The notes under the pieces are model-generated. The model did not search any database. It was not told where the DNA came from and saw nothing but the letters and a program-made list of their open reading frames with translations. A stretch of 63,576 nt of DNA, counting the filler, from Atractiella rhizophila (taxonomy: Eukaryota), in assembly GCA_021432655.1 (NCBI GenBank). It is 6 parts of 6 records of this genome, joined end to end, with 100 filler letters (N's around TTAATTAATTAA, not from the genome) between each part and the next. Parts side by side here need not be neighbours in the genome. Positions count along the whole stretch, not along the records: positions 46,446 to 54,035 come from MU271662.1; positions 54,136 to 60,386 come from MU271671.1; positions 60,487 to 61,968 come from MU271676.1; positions 62,069 to 63,576 come from MU271678.1; 2 more parts are not named here. One strand, given 5' to 3'. Positions 52,292-63,576 of this stretch are shown piece by piece (positions within the stretch are counted from its first letter, which is position 1; every line of letters starts with the position of its first letter). The position numbers and the translations under genes were made by a program.

Positions 52292-53731
52292 TCACGGAAA
52301 GTCACAGGCAAACTCTGGGACATCTGGTAAACCCCACTCAGCTCCATAGTCGTAAAATCGCAATCCTTGAGACTGTAGAAAGAACCTCAAATCAAGGATA
52401 AGTGCAGGCGGTCGATCTGTCGACGGTGTCCAGGTCATGATAACGGTACGCAGTCTTGGGAATAATCCTCGAGCTCCTATCATCTGCTTCACAACTTGTA
52501 AATCTCCTTTATTTTCCCATCTAAAGCCAAGTTCCTTCACATTCTGGAAGACTGTCTCAAAAGGGAGCTTATCCAACAAATGTCCAGATAAAGCAAGTTT
52601 CTTGAAGGGAAGAGCGCGCAAAATGGTCCGAAAAAACCGGGTCACGAATGCTGATGGACATGGCGTTTGGAGCGAATCGTCTACAATATTAGGTTGAATG
52701 CGCAAAGTACGCAATTGAGGACGATCACAAGAAAGGATACTCTGTTGCAGGGCCATGAAGGTGGATGTGGTATCGCGTCCTTCAAAATTCAGACTCTGCA
52801 AATTTGGGCAGCTTCTGATGAGCACCGCGGATGTCTTAGCCCCCATCCGCTGTATGATGGTCAATTCTTGTATCGTGGGGCACTGAAAATGATGATGAAA
52901 ATCCGTTATCAACCCATCGTGACGGAAGATGAGGTTAAGCCGTCGCAAATTTCGATGTAAGGGCAACTCCCGGTATAAATCAAAAGGAATGGGCTCTCGA
53001 GGTCCAGAAGAGAGACTAATAGATAGACCCATCAAAAATATACTGCGAGTTGCCTGGCAAATCGTCGTTTGACCGTGAGTACCGTAGGATTCCAGGCATG
53101 GACACCTTTGGATGATAGCTTCCGCTATCGCAAGCTCGTCGTCCCTGCCATCCACGGTGTAAATGAAGTGGATGTTTTTCACAAAGGCTCCGACGCCATC
53201 TCCAGCCGAAATACGTTCGAGAAATATCGACATCTCGACGCTCCCAAGCAATCGGGGAAACCTGTAAAGCCTCGGGAGGAGAGCTAGGTATAGTCTAGAG
53301 TGGCAAAGTACAACGTGTAAAATATCGCGCGCTGAAATGATAAACTCGCAGATCCACCATAAAATATCATTAGGGAGCTCCTGGAAGTTGACACGAGGGT
53401 GATTTACAACATCAGCAGGACGCACAGAGCGTGGTCGGGATCGAGAGCGAGAGCGAGAGCGTGACCGTGAGCGAGAGCGAGAGCGTGACCGTGAGCGAGA
53501 GCGAGAGCGTGACCGTGAGCGAGAGCGAGAGCGTGACCGTGAGCGAGAGCGGGGTCGAGGAGTAACAGACGCTCGCCAGCGTTCGACTTAATGAGACACA
53601 GTAATGTGAGATTGGCCGGTCAGTAAGCGAAGAAGGAGGAGATGCTCACTTCTCGATCGAATTGCTCTCGGATCACCGTGTGCGATGTTTGACTCGCTTC
53701 TCAATCGCAGCTGCTTAGAGTTTCGATCCAT
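52292..53731 (-). CDS. F-box/LRR protein with N-terminal RS-dipeptide domain
   Basis: ATG 53731, intron 53587-53649 (GTGAGC..CTGAC..AAG), then an RS repeat in frame with FQELPNDILWWICEFI..LC.SRLY..LPRLYR and LRR-like CPCLE/CPNLQSL/FPRLRT. Confidence 0.7.
53445..53551. repeat. 24-bp minisatellite (GAGCGAGAGCGAGAGCGTGACCGT) x~4.4
   Basis: Four perfect units plus a partial one; encodes (RS)n on the minus strand. Confidence 0.97.
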
Positions 53732-54035
53732 TATTTTGCTCCGTCCTGGAACTTGCAAGTAAAGCGCAAGGCGTGGAGGACGTAGAGAGAACAAAGGGAG
53801 AGCAGCCCCTTGTTCTGCTCGCAACCTCTTGGCCACGTGACCGTGCCACTCAATTCCTTTCCTTGACAAAGCTGAAAGGAGGCTTAAGCGCTTCGAAGAG
53901 CCACTATACCCTGAGTGTATGGTAAGCAGTGCGAGGAGAACTCTGTGAGCCCAATTTTTCTGAGTTTCTCTTGCTCCTGTCCCGATAGAGGCTGCCAAGA
54001 CATAGAATTAATTATGTGAGTGCCATGCATTTGAT

Positions 54036-54135
54036 NNNNNNNNNNNNNNNNNNNNNNNNNNNNNNNNNNNNNNNNNNNNTTAATTAATTAANNNNNNNNN
54101 NNNNNNNNNNNNNNNNNNNNNNNNNNNNNNNNNNN
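54036..54135. other. Artificial contig linker
   Basis: N44-TTAATTAATTAA-N44. Confidence 0.98.
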
Positions 54136-54336
54136 CCCGCTTCTCCTGCAACAGCAGAGACGAACGGCGAGACGAGCGCCACGAACACGAACAAAGAAAG
54201 GTGCTGTCCTTCTTGCCCTTCTTATGGCCTTCTCTACTTCAAGTCACGAAATACTGACAATATATATTACAGCACACCCGTCTTTGGTTCGACCTCAGCT
54301 GCTGGCACAAGCGCTTTCACGTTCTCCTCCACGCCT

Positions 54337-56637
54337 ATGCCGCAGAAGCCTCCACCAGCACCACGAACGAAATCTAACGCTAACGGCAAACCAAAGGAAG
54401 GGATACGAGCACCTAGTAGCGATAGCAGCGATATGGGACAGGAAGAGGAAGAGGATGTGGAGATGAAAGATGTGGAGGCGGAGGCAGAGGTGCTGAGTGA
54501 GGCGGAAAGGGCGGAAAAGGTCAAAGAGGAAGGGAATGATTTCTTCAGGAAGGGAGGGGAGGACAACTGGAAAGCTGCGATTGGGTGCTATACTAGGGCT
54601 ATTGGTAAGCACTCAGTCTTCACTATAATGCGGGGCGTTCTACTTGTTCCTTTACAATGCCATGGAAGACCCTGTCGTAGCTGTCTGAGCAGTGCGTAAA
54701 CAATAGGAGGACTTGTTTCTCTTTCTATGGGCATATTTAATCCTATTAGTACATTGGTTCCATAGCATTACAGATGGGCAGATTGATTGCATGCAACTCA
54801 TGCAATGGACAAGCAAGGCTGGCACCTGTCCTTTTTGATGCTACTCTGTCAGGGATGACCCAGGACAATTTACAATGTCAATGGGGTTGACTTCAAACAT
54901 GCCACATCATTTCATCCCCTTACTCTGGCTAGCCTCGCTTCCTTGCTTACATCACTCTGTCCTTATCCCCAAGACGGGGTGGCGCGTGCCGTGCGCATAC
55001 ATTCAAAACAGTCACTACAGCGGTTAACTCTTGTTTTAATCAGAACTATGTCCCACCAACTCTTCCTACCTCTCCAACAGGGCAGCCGCCCTCGTCTCCC
55101 TACGTCGACATTCCGAAGCAGCTGCCGACTGCGAAGCCGCCATCGCACTTCCTCACTTCCTCACCCTTCCCCCCGCCACACGTCTAAAAACGCATCTTCG
55201 ATTAGGACGGTGTTACCTAGCACTCGCAGACCCCTTACGCGCACTATCACAGTTTTCTGTAGCACTGGGATTGGATGCGGCGAACGCACCGGTAAGGAAT
55301 GAGATGAGGAGGGCGGAGATGATGAAGGCTCATTTGGAGAACGTGAAGAGGAAGAGGGAGGAAGGAGATTGGAGCATGGTCCTCTTTGCTCTTGATAAGG
55401 TCGAACGGGAAGGAGGGGTGGAGCAAACTCCGTTGGAGTGGAAGACGTGGAGGTTGGAGGCGCTGGTTAATCGAGACAGGTTCGATGACGCGCGGGGTCT
55501 TGCTACGTACGTCTTTCAGCTGCTTCTTTGAGATTGTTGAGAGTGTGACTGTTGGTTGCAGGGATTTGTTGAGGGCCGCACCATCCAATCCGGAGCTGCT
55601 ATACCTTAGGGGTCTCATCTTATACCATACCGATAAAAGCATGCAACAAGCAATATCACATTGTCGAAACGCTTTACAAAACGATCCGGACTTCACCAAG
55701 GCGAGGTATGCTATTCCACTTCCTGCCATCTCTTCTCTGTTCTGATAGAGCTGGTGTGGTGGCGTGAAGATTGCTGATGCGTCAAGCACAAAAGCTGGAA
55801 AACTTACGGACGGAGGGGAACGACTTTTTCGCGAAGAAGGAGGATAGGAATGCAGTGGAGAAGTACACGGAGGCGTTGGGCCTGGAGTTGAAGAACCGGA
55901 CTGTAGTCCAGATCCTTTATTCCAATCGTGCACTATGCTATCAACGGGTTCGTCGTCCCATCTTTCCCTCAATGCGAAGGATTTGATTCGAATGTGATGT
56001 TTGGGGTTAAAGCTAAAGGAATGGGACCTCGCCCTTGCAGACTGCAACTCTTGTCTCGCCATGGACTCGTCTAACTTCAAAGCCCTACGCACACGAGCGC
56101 GGGTATACCAGGCGATGGAGAACTATGAAGCGGCAGTCCAAGATTTTAAAGCTGCTTTTCAGGAGTCGGGCGATGGAAGTGCAGAAGAGGGGAAGTTGAG
56201 AAATGAGTTGAGGGAGGCGGAACTGCTTTTAAAGAAGAGCAAAAGGAAGAATTATTATAAGATTCTGGAGGCATACCAGAGACGGCGACGGACGATGAGA
56301 TCAAGAAGGCTTATAGGAAGGAGAGTTTGAAACATCATCCGGATAAGGGAGGAGATGAGGACAAATTCAAAGAAGTTTGTTGTTTTTCTATAAAAAGGAA
56401 ACTGAGTTTGATTGATGTTTGGCTTGTGAATGTAGTTGGGAGAAGCATATGCCGTGCTCTCAGATCCTCAACGGCGTCGTCGATACGATGCAGGCTATGA
56501 CGAAAAGTGATCCATCAGGAGGGATGGAAGACATGTTTGGTGCTGGAGGAATGCATGGACATCCTGGCTTCGGCGTCAACTTGGAGGATTTATTCGGTGC
56601 CCAATTTATGGGAGGGGGCATGGGAGGCGGAGGTAGC
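54337..56637 (+). CDS. DNAJC7: TPR + J-domain co-chaperone (DNAJC7/TPR2); 3' end in gap
   Basis: AEKVKEEGNDFF..YTRAI, YLSNRAAA, EGNDFF..YTEAL, LYSNRA, FKALRTRAR, KKSKRKNYYKIL, IKKAYRKESLKHHPDKGG. Confidence 0.92.
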
Positions 56638-57006
56638 NNNNNNNNNNNNNNNNNNNNNNNNNNNNNNNNNNNNNNNNNNNNNNNNNNNNNNNNNNNNNNN
56701 NNNNNNNNNNNNNNNNNNNNNNNNNNNNNNNNNNNNNNNNNNNNNNNNNNNNNNNNNNNNNNNNNNNNNNNNNNNNNNNNNNNNNNNNNNNNNNNNNNNN
56801 NNNNNNNNNNNNNNNNNNNNNNNNNNNNNNNNNNNNNNNNNNNNNNNNNNNNNNNNNNNNNNNNNNNNNNNNNNNNNNNNNNNNNNNNNNNNNNNNNNNN
56901 NNNNNNNNNNNNNNNNNNNNNNNNNNNNNNNNNNNNNNNNNNNNNNNNNNNNNNNNNNNNNNNNNNNNNNNNNNNNNNNNNNNNNNNNNNNNNNNNNNNN
57001 NNNNNN
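56638..57006. other. Scaffold gap (369 N)
   Basis: Run of N. Confidence 0.99.
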
Positions 57007-58652
57007 AGCGAGAGGTCGTTCTTGGTTCCAAAGAGGATCGTTCTGACTGCTCGATTCACGTTGTATGCTGGCCATGCTTTGCCTGATCAAGTCTGAACGT
57101 CAGTGCAGACCTATGTGCGACTGGAAGAGGACTTGCCGTATTGGAAAACGGAAGGTAGTAGGTCGAAAGGTAGGAGGGAAACGGAGACATTGGTGAGGAG
57201 GATGAGAATGAAAAAAGGCGGTAGGTATCTTCATTACACCTTCAGTGAGCGGATGAGCATCAGAGGTATGAAGGGCTTACAGTGTTGTAACGAGAGTAAC
57301 GACACTTTGGAGCGATAAACCTATGGCCGTAATGCTCAAAAAGAGAGCGAGCCAGTAAAGCAAGAATCCTCCTCCGCCGAAACTATCAAATTGTCAAATT
57401 GTCAAATTGTGAACAGGTATGGGAACGTCGAAATCGGACTCACTGTCTGTAAAAGTCCCCTCGGAAGGCGACACCCAGGATGGCAAATGACCATGAGATC
57501 CACCAATAATACCAGAAGCTGATAGCGAGACGAACGAGGATCAGGCTGCGAGTGTTGAGCCAAGATGCCACTATCACTTGCATGTTCGTCGTGATAAGGG
57601 AAGTTTGAAAAGCAAAGACCATCACATAGATGAGTCCGACCTAAACATATTTCTGATTAAATCACCTTTCTGAGAAAATGCAGTGAGACGTACGAAGGTC
57701 AAAGCCGTGGCGAGGGGAATATCATAAGGGTGCAAATTCACCATGGTGTAAGAGACCGGGTTGACCAGAAGGTCGATAGGGGTTTCATTAACTCTTGCTG
57801 TGTTGGAAGAATTCGCGAGCCAGTTCGTTGTGTACTCCCTCCTCAAATCCAGCGAAACATTCTGCAAAATCGCTGTCGTGAAGGGTACCACGAAATTTCC
57901 CGCCGCCAATTCGTTCCTCGCCTGACTGTAGACGACAGAGATCGTATCTTCAGGAACCCATTGATCAGCACCGTTCCCCTGCAAGGCAGCCTCCAGCTCA
58001 GCAGTCGCATCCCTCTTAACGACCACGACTGCCCAAGCGTGCTCTTTCTCAACTGCCCGCTTCGCCGCTGCAAGTGCCTCATTCGTGCTCCAAGAGGAGT
58101 TGAATTCAGTTTCTGGGAAAGAATGCCACCCCAGCCAGAACTTGGAGTGAGCAGGTCCAGTACCGTGCACGTGTGTCCCTTTGTTCGATGAGAGGAGAGC
58201 ATTGGATACAGCGTTCCCGACGGTAGCGTTATCAAGGGAGAGCACGAGAGCTCGGAGGTTGGGGACAAGAGCGTATTCGCGGTAGAGAGAACCCCAGTAA
58301 CTGTAGAATTTGAAACAACTTTAGGTGCGATCAAGGATTTCAAGGAGATGATGACATACAAAGGCATAGCAACGAAGAGTTGCAATAAAAGGATCGCCAA
58401 CGCCCTCAGAAACGCCGCCTTCAGGTATATCCTCCGCTGAGGTGCTATTGCAGGATCCCAAAAGTTGTGACTGAACTTCTGAGGTTGATTTGGCTGTTGC
58501 GCTCGCTGCTTCTCCAAATCTGTTTCCCGGAGATCCATCTCTTTCTTCTCCGCCTCTTTCCCATTCACCAAATCCTTTCGATCGTTATCTGTGGACTGGA
58601 CCGTCAACGAGCTTGATCGGCTCATTGCTTCTGGGCGTTTCTCTTCAGACAT
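57007..58652 (-). CDS. SNG1: SNG1-family (DUF3533) multipass membrane protein; 3' end in gap
   Basis: FWDP..R..Y, MPLYWG after splicing, LSLD, V..EHAWAVVVV...AT..L, YSQARNE, NLHPYD, several TM segments. Confidence 0.75.
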
Positions 58653-59290
58653 CTTGACTTGGGCTAGATGCAAATTCGTAAATGACAGGCAAACTGAGGA
58701 GACATCGTGCTTTTATCCGTCTCAGATGAATGTCGAGGCAGGTAATAGAAGGTGAAATGGTGCATCGTGCACAAGGATGGAAGAAGCTGATGATGCATCA
58801 GCACCCTCGGCGTGCACGGTCCGCGCTTCACCTTACCATCAAATAAACAAGTAGTACCTCGATAGATACGGCTACAACGGAAGGATTTTATGGACCCATC
58901 TCTTACGAGGGATTTGCTGATGTGTTAGCCTACTCAGCGAACACTCAGCATGACCACGGACAGACAGCTGAACCACTCGCACCAACATTGGACGGGTATT
59001 TCGGCGGACATGGGCAGTTGCGACCCCACCGAAGACGGGTCTCAAAGGGGCGTCTTCCTCAAATCCCAAACCGTTCTTCAATCAATCTGCTTCAATTTTC
59101 TCCATCGTCGGCTGTCTCGTCGAAGTTGCGGTCGCTCCGATGACTCACTCCGAAGTTGTTCTGCGGCGAGGACTAGATCTGTCAAGCCTGCGTCGCAGCG
59201 GATTGTAGAGTATATAATGTGTGCTCTTGGAAGTAAGAAGAAATCGCCCTCTGGATCCTTGGAGTGAAAATCTGAAAGGGTCCCAAAGAA

Positions 59291-59658
59291 ATGCACTTCT
59301 TATCGAGATTTGCCATTCTTCTCTCAGTCATAATCTTCCCACTCTCCTGTAAAGCAATCACAGCTGGCGTTGAGATTATCTGTCCAAACGACGTGACAGA
59401 TGATTGTGGACGTTGTTCATGTAGTTGGCTTGGGGACATTTCAAGCTTGTGCGTCTCTTTTCACTTTTGTTTGTTCAGGTTATAACAGTCCAGTAGACAA
59501 AACGATTGTCCTTCCACTTGTATATTCCAATCCACATCCGGTCGGATCAGTTAAGCTAACGAGATACCGCAGGCAATCAAAAATGCAAATGCGCACGGCA
59601 GGAAGTCCAATTTGTGTCCATGTATTTCAAACGGAAATCGATAGAAGGTTTCACCTGA
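59291..59658 (+). CDS. Small secreted cysteine-rich protein (88 aa, 3 exons)
   Basis: Exons 59291-59448, 59497-59519, 59573-59658 give MHFLSRFAILLSVIIFPLSCKA-ITAGVEIICPNDVTDDCGRCSCSWLGDISSLQNDCPSTCNQKCKCARQEVQFVSMYFKRKSIEGFT*. Confidence 0.62.
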
Positions 59659-60386
59659 ATTCTTTGGCATCAGCAAAGTAAGCCCGGACAGGGTTATTTC
59701 GAACTGAAGACCACAGACATCAAGTGAAGGAAGCTCCTTTGCGATGATGAGATCATCTTAAAGAAGCATAAAGCGAGGCGAACAGTTCACTGAAAAACAT
59801 CGCGGGAAAGCGACTTTGTTCGCACTCCGATGTTAGCATTCGAGCTATAGAAATGCACAAACCCCGCACATTATTGCCCTGTCACAATCAATGCAGAGTA
59901 TAGTAGCCTTCTGACCCGAAATAACGACGAAACATTCTCTGGGCTGTTGTGAAAGAATTCCGAACCAACTTGCGAAGAAGATACTGCCACGTTCATAAGT
60001 ATAAATACAGTAATGTTATTCCATATTTTTGGAAACAGATCCAGCCTGTTTGACCACACACCTATCGAAATCACGTTTCACGGTTTAATGTTGTGCAAAA
60101 AGTTCTCTGTCGGCGTTAATATCATCGGAGCCGATGGAAATATCCAGCATCTTCCTTACCGTTTACAATCAATATGGCGCTATTGGAAGGGATGTATGTT
60201 TAAACAAGCGGCCGCGGTATTCTTGTGAGGTTTACATTACAGACTCATTTCACTGCTCAGAGTTGAACTCGTCGACACGACATGTTTCTGGATTATGATC
60301 TTGCAGAAAGATCATGCTATAACCATATACCAATTGCGTTGCGTCAGCGTGAACCTCACAGGGCGTTTTCAATCCTTGTCGTAATC

Positions 60387-60486
60387 NNNNNNNNNNNNNN
60401 NNNNNNNNNNNNNNNNNNNNNNNNNNNNNNTTAATTAATTAANNNNNNNNNNNNNNNNNNNNNNNNNNNNNNNNNNNNNNNNNNNN
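60387..60486. other. Artificial contig linker
   Basis: N44-TTAATTAATTAA-N44. Confidence 0.98.
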
Positions 60487-60949
60487 GGCTGGGGAAGAAG
60501 TCTTCCGATTGGACTGCAGCAAGTTTGACTTCCAATCTGCTGAGATTAGGAAGACGCGGAATGGTATACGTCAGTATCCCTTGTGATTCGGTACTCAAAA
60601 TGAGAGTTTGAAGATCTGGAAGCAACGTGAGCAGCCTGCAGGCAAAATCTGAACCATCCGCCTCGACGCCTTTGACTTGAAGCCTTTTGTCCGGGCGGGA
60701 AGCTAACATCTCTATAAGCTTCTCGCCTTTCTGTAAGCCCAGGTGCACAGGTATGGAGATCCATGAGAGTAGAAGGCGTGAGATTTCGGCGGACCACCTC
60801 TTGTTCACCTGAGAGAGAGAAGCGAAGTGACTGCATTCGTTGACCCGGGGGAAGTTGTAGGACAATATGAGATGAAGGATCTCAGAGGGTATCTTCTCCT
60901 CAAAATCAAAAGGTGGATCTCCTGCTCGGGTATCGGCGCTTAAGGACAT
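60487..60949 (-). CDS. F-box-like/LRR protein, N-terminal part; 3' in gap
   Basis: KIPSEILHLILSY..SLSQVNKRWS, LPDLQTL, LPNLSRL. Confidence 0.6.
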
Positions 60950-61968
60950 CTTAAACGCTGCTCGTGAACACAGTATCAGCGAATACATCCATAGCCAATT
61001 CCTGGAGAGACGTACCAATCAGGCAATGACTACTTACCGAGATCGCAAATTTCAAGAATTGCCAGGGTCGGTTTTTACAGGGTTTGACTAAGTGCGACCT
61101 CTACTGTAGATCGCCCAATGTCTGGTAAAATTGAGATGTTTCGGAGCGGAATTGCGTATGAGCTCGAGGTCGTAAACAACCTCAGAATTACAGAACGGTC
61201 TTAAACGACTCCAGGAAGTTTTCCGTGAAAGTACGGACTGACCCCTTGGTGCATATGGAACAAGTCATATCAATATTTACTTTCAACAATGGACAAAAGC
61301 AATAAAACATGGCAGGGTTCCTGCTGGTGCTCTCTACCACAGCAACACCTAATTTTGCGAACCTGCGACAGCAGGAGAGCAATATGGTAAGAATTCAATT
61401 CACGAATATGGGTCTTCTATCGTCCATCGTCCTAATACAGCGGAAGCTGCATGGAGCGTCTGAAGCATTGACGATTCTTCCAGGGTCATCTTGGCAAGGA
61501 GCTTTCACTCTCTTTTCGTTCAGCAACAGCAGTAACACTCTCTAGATTGGCCTACCATCGCTTAACGACAAGGCTCACAACAGCAGTCTCAACGCTTGTC
61601 TCCCGATCCTCGTAGAGAATCTATCAAACTGGCTTGTGTATTCCAGAATAAGACAGGCTCCAGCTCTTTTGAACATTGTTGTCCCAATAGATGTTCCTGA
61701 AAGACCCTAACTTTACTCTGATTCGATCCGCTTGAAAAACTTGATTTAAGTTTGGCACAACTCGCCGAAGCAGAAATGGCTGGTAATGGACGTTGCAACC
61801 ATGATATCGCTTTGAATCAGAAATCCATCGGCCATCAATTAACAAGATTCAAGAGACGATGTGCCAGGATGTCGGGTCGCCTCTAGGGTAAAACTATCAA
61901 GTCTTTCGGCGTTGTGGCCTGGGAGCTCCCCATATAACCAATCACGTTATAGAAAGAAGTTGAAATTG

Positions 61969-62068
61969 NNNNNNNNNNNNNNNNNNNNNNNNNNNNNNNN
62001 NNNNNNNNNNNNTTAATTAATTAANNNNNNNNNNNNNNNNNNNNNNNNNNNNNNNNNNNNNNNNNNNN
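61969..62068. other. Artificial contig linker
   Basis: N44-TTAATTAATTAA-N44. Confidence 0.98.
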
Positions 62069-62799
62069 GGGAAAAAGCGTGTGTCCCGGTCTGTACTCAA
62101 CTACTATCGAAGACGAACTCCTGCCTAAAGGTTCCGCAACTTTGACCTGCTGTAAATTCCGGAGGTACTAGTACTCTTCCTTCTCTCGTATGTACATAAA
62201 TAAAAGGAACAAGAAGTAGCTGTTGTGGAAAAGTTAGCACTAACGCCGCATCCATACCTCGTGTCGTACAAGTCGAACTTCTGAACCGTCATCGTAACCT
62301 TACTGTCGGTTATTGACGAGAAAGCTGTTGATCAAGAGCGTACTCATTTCAGTTTGCAGTTTCATTTTTACGAGTGGACCAAAGCCTTCCACTTTTCCCA
62401 TGAACTATCGTAGGCGAAAGTGCTACCTACTCGACGACCTAAGACCTTCAGGCGGCGTTGCACCAAGCACTTCTTCAGCTGCTACAAGTGGTCGCGTAAG
62501 CAGCGGCATTGTGGTACGATGGTTGTGATTTCAGTTATGTGACAGCAGAGTTAAAGTGTTTTCTGAATGTCGGACTCTTCTCCATGCACTCCGCTATGAC
62601 CACTCATTTTTGTGACGGCACAGGAAGCTGAAGGTCAAACGGAACCCTAGACGTAACATAACGATGGTAGAGGGGCAGTCGAGGTTGAGAGGTATCTTTC
62701 AGTCTCCTCTTGAGTGTAACTCTATCTGGAGTTACATAACACATTACTAACGTCAGTGAACTCAGAGTTTGACGAGGTAGTTTCGGAAGCACTTAACAA

Positions 62800-63576
62800 C
62801 GCCAGAACAGATAGCAGCCAACGACAACCTGATGAAATGTAGGTTCCTTCCAGCGTTTAAGACTGATACTGACATAAAGTTGTTGAAGGCGTAATGCGGA
62901 CCCTCATTACCACTCGACAAGGCTTAGTACCTATCTTCCCAGGAATCCTGCAACGTCTTGTCAAGATAGTTGCTGTCATATCTAAGAATCCTAGCAATCC
63001 CAAGTTCAGTCACTACAGCTTTGAGAGCATATCGATATTGATCAGGTGAGTTACTACCCGCTTTGTTACAGGATAGGATTGATGATTTCTTAGGTTCGTT
63101 GTGCCGGCCAATCCGGAGAGCCTGGGTCAGTTTGAAGAAGCGCTCCTTGGAGCTGGAGCACCATTCCATTCGATTTTGCACGAAGAAGTATGGGGTATGC
63201 TATAATCTTCTTCAGCTGCGGAAGAAATCTTGACGGACTCCACAGAATTCGTCCCCTTCGTCTTTCAAATCGTGTGCCAACTGCTCGACCTGCACAAGGA
63301 CACCATCCCTGAATTTTACCAAACGCTTTTGCCTCCCATCCTCCAAGTCACATTGTGGGAGCAGCGAGGAAATATTCCAGCTTTGGTTCGATTGGTGAAG
63401 ACGTTCATTCTTAGAGAACCCAACGCCATCGTAGCAAACAATCAACTGGAACCTGTTCTCGGAATTTTCAGATCTCTCATTGCCAACAAACTGAATGACC
63501 AGTACGGCCTCGATCTGTTGGAGGCAATATTCCGATCCATTCCTGGGTAATTTTTCGTCCTTACTCAAGGACAAAA
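62800..63576 (+). CDS. CSE1: Exportin-2 (Cse1/CAS) C-terminal region; appears 5'-truncated, continues past the window
   Basis: PEQIAANDNLMK, ISKNPSNPKFSHYSFESI, EFVPFVFQI, LWEQRGNIPALVRL. Confidence 0.85.

Noticed and set aside
53445..53551. Repeat array as CRISPR
   Set aside because: No spacers, eukaryotic context, simple minisatellite.
56419..57096. ORFs spanning the N gap
   Set aside because: Artefacts of translating through Ns.
62715..62750. Hairpin TGTAACTC-tatctg-GAGTTACA followed by CTAA, like a Helitron 3' end
   Set aside because: Stem is AT-rich, the next base is not T, and CTAAC is equally explained as an intron branch point.

Overview
Eukaryotic, intron-rich fungal (basidiomycete-like) scaffold segment. 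Introns are typically 45-70 nt GT-AG with CTRAC-type branch sites. It contains five artificial 100-nt N/TTAATTAATTAA/N contig linkers and one 369-N gap, so adjacency across them is not guaranteed. Recognisable genes: VNX1-type cation/H+ exchanger, two tandem molybdenum-cofactor-sulfurase-like (NifS/PLP domain only) genes, KTI12, SPC34, DCTN6, SmD1, phosphoglucomutase, BRX1, two pepsin-family aspartic proteases, four F-box/LRR-like genes, GPC1, DNAJC7, SNG1-family and a 5'-truncated CSE1 fragment. The most unusual region is the first 17 kb, a set of nested tandem duplications. These produced an in-frame, spliceable chimera joining the VNX1 N-terminal ~760 aa to the C-terminal persulfide-Cys half of the sulfurase; the duplicated VNX1 part differs almost only at synonymous sites. 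Other highlights: an F-box gene with a minisatellite-encoded RS domain, an 88-aa Cys-rich secreted protein missed by the ORF track, a perfect 84-bp in-frame duplication in PGM, and scattered gene fragments. Small frameshifts in several housekeeping genes suggest consensus errors, so all structural oddities need read-level confirmation. All calls are from motif recognition by eye; no database searches were run.
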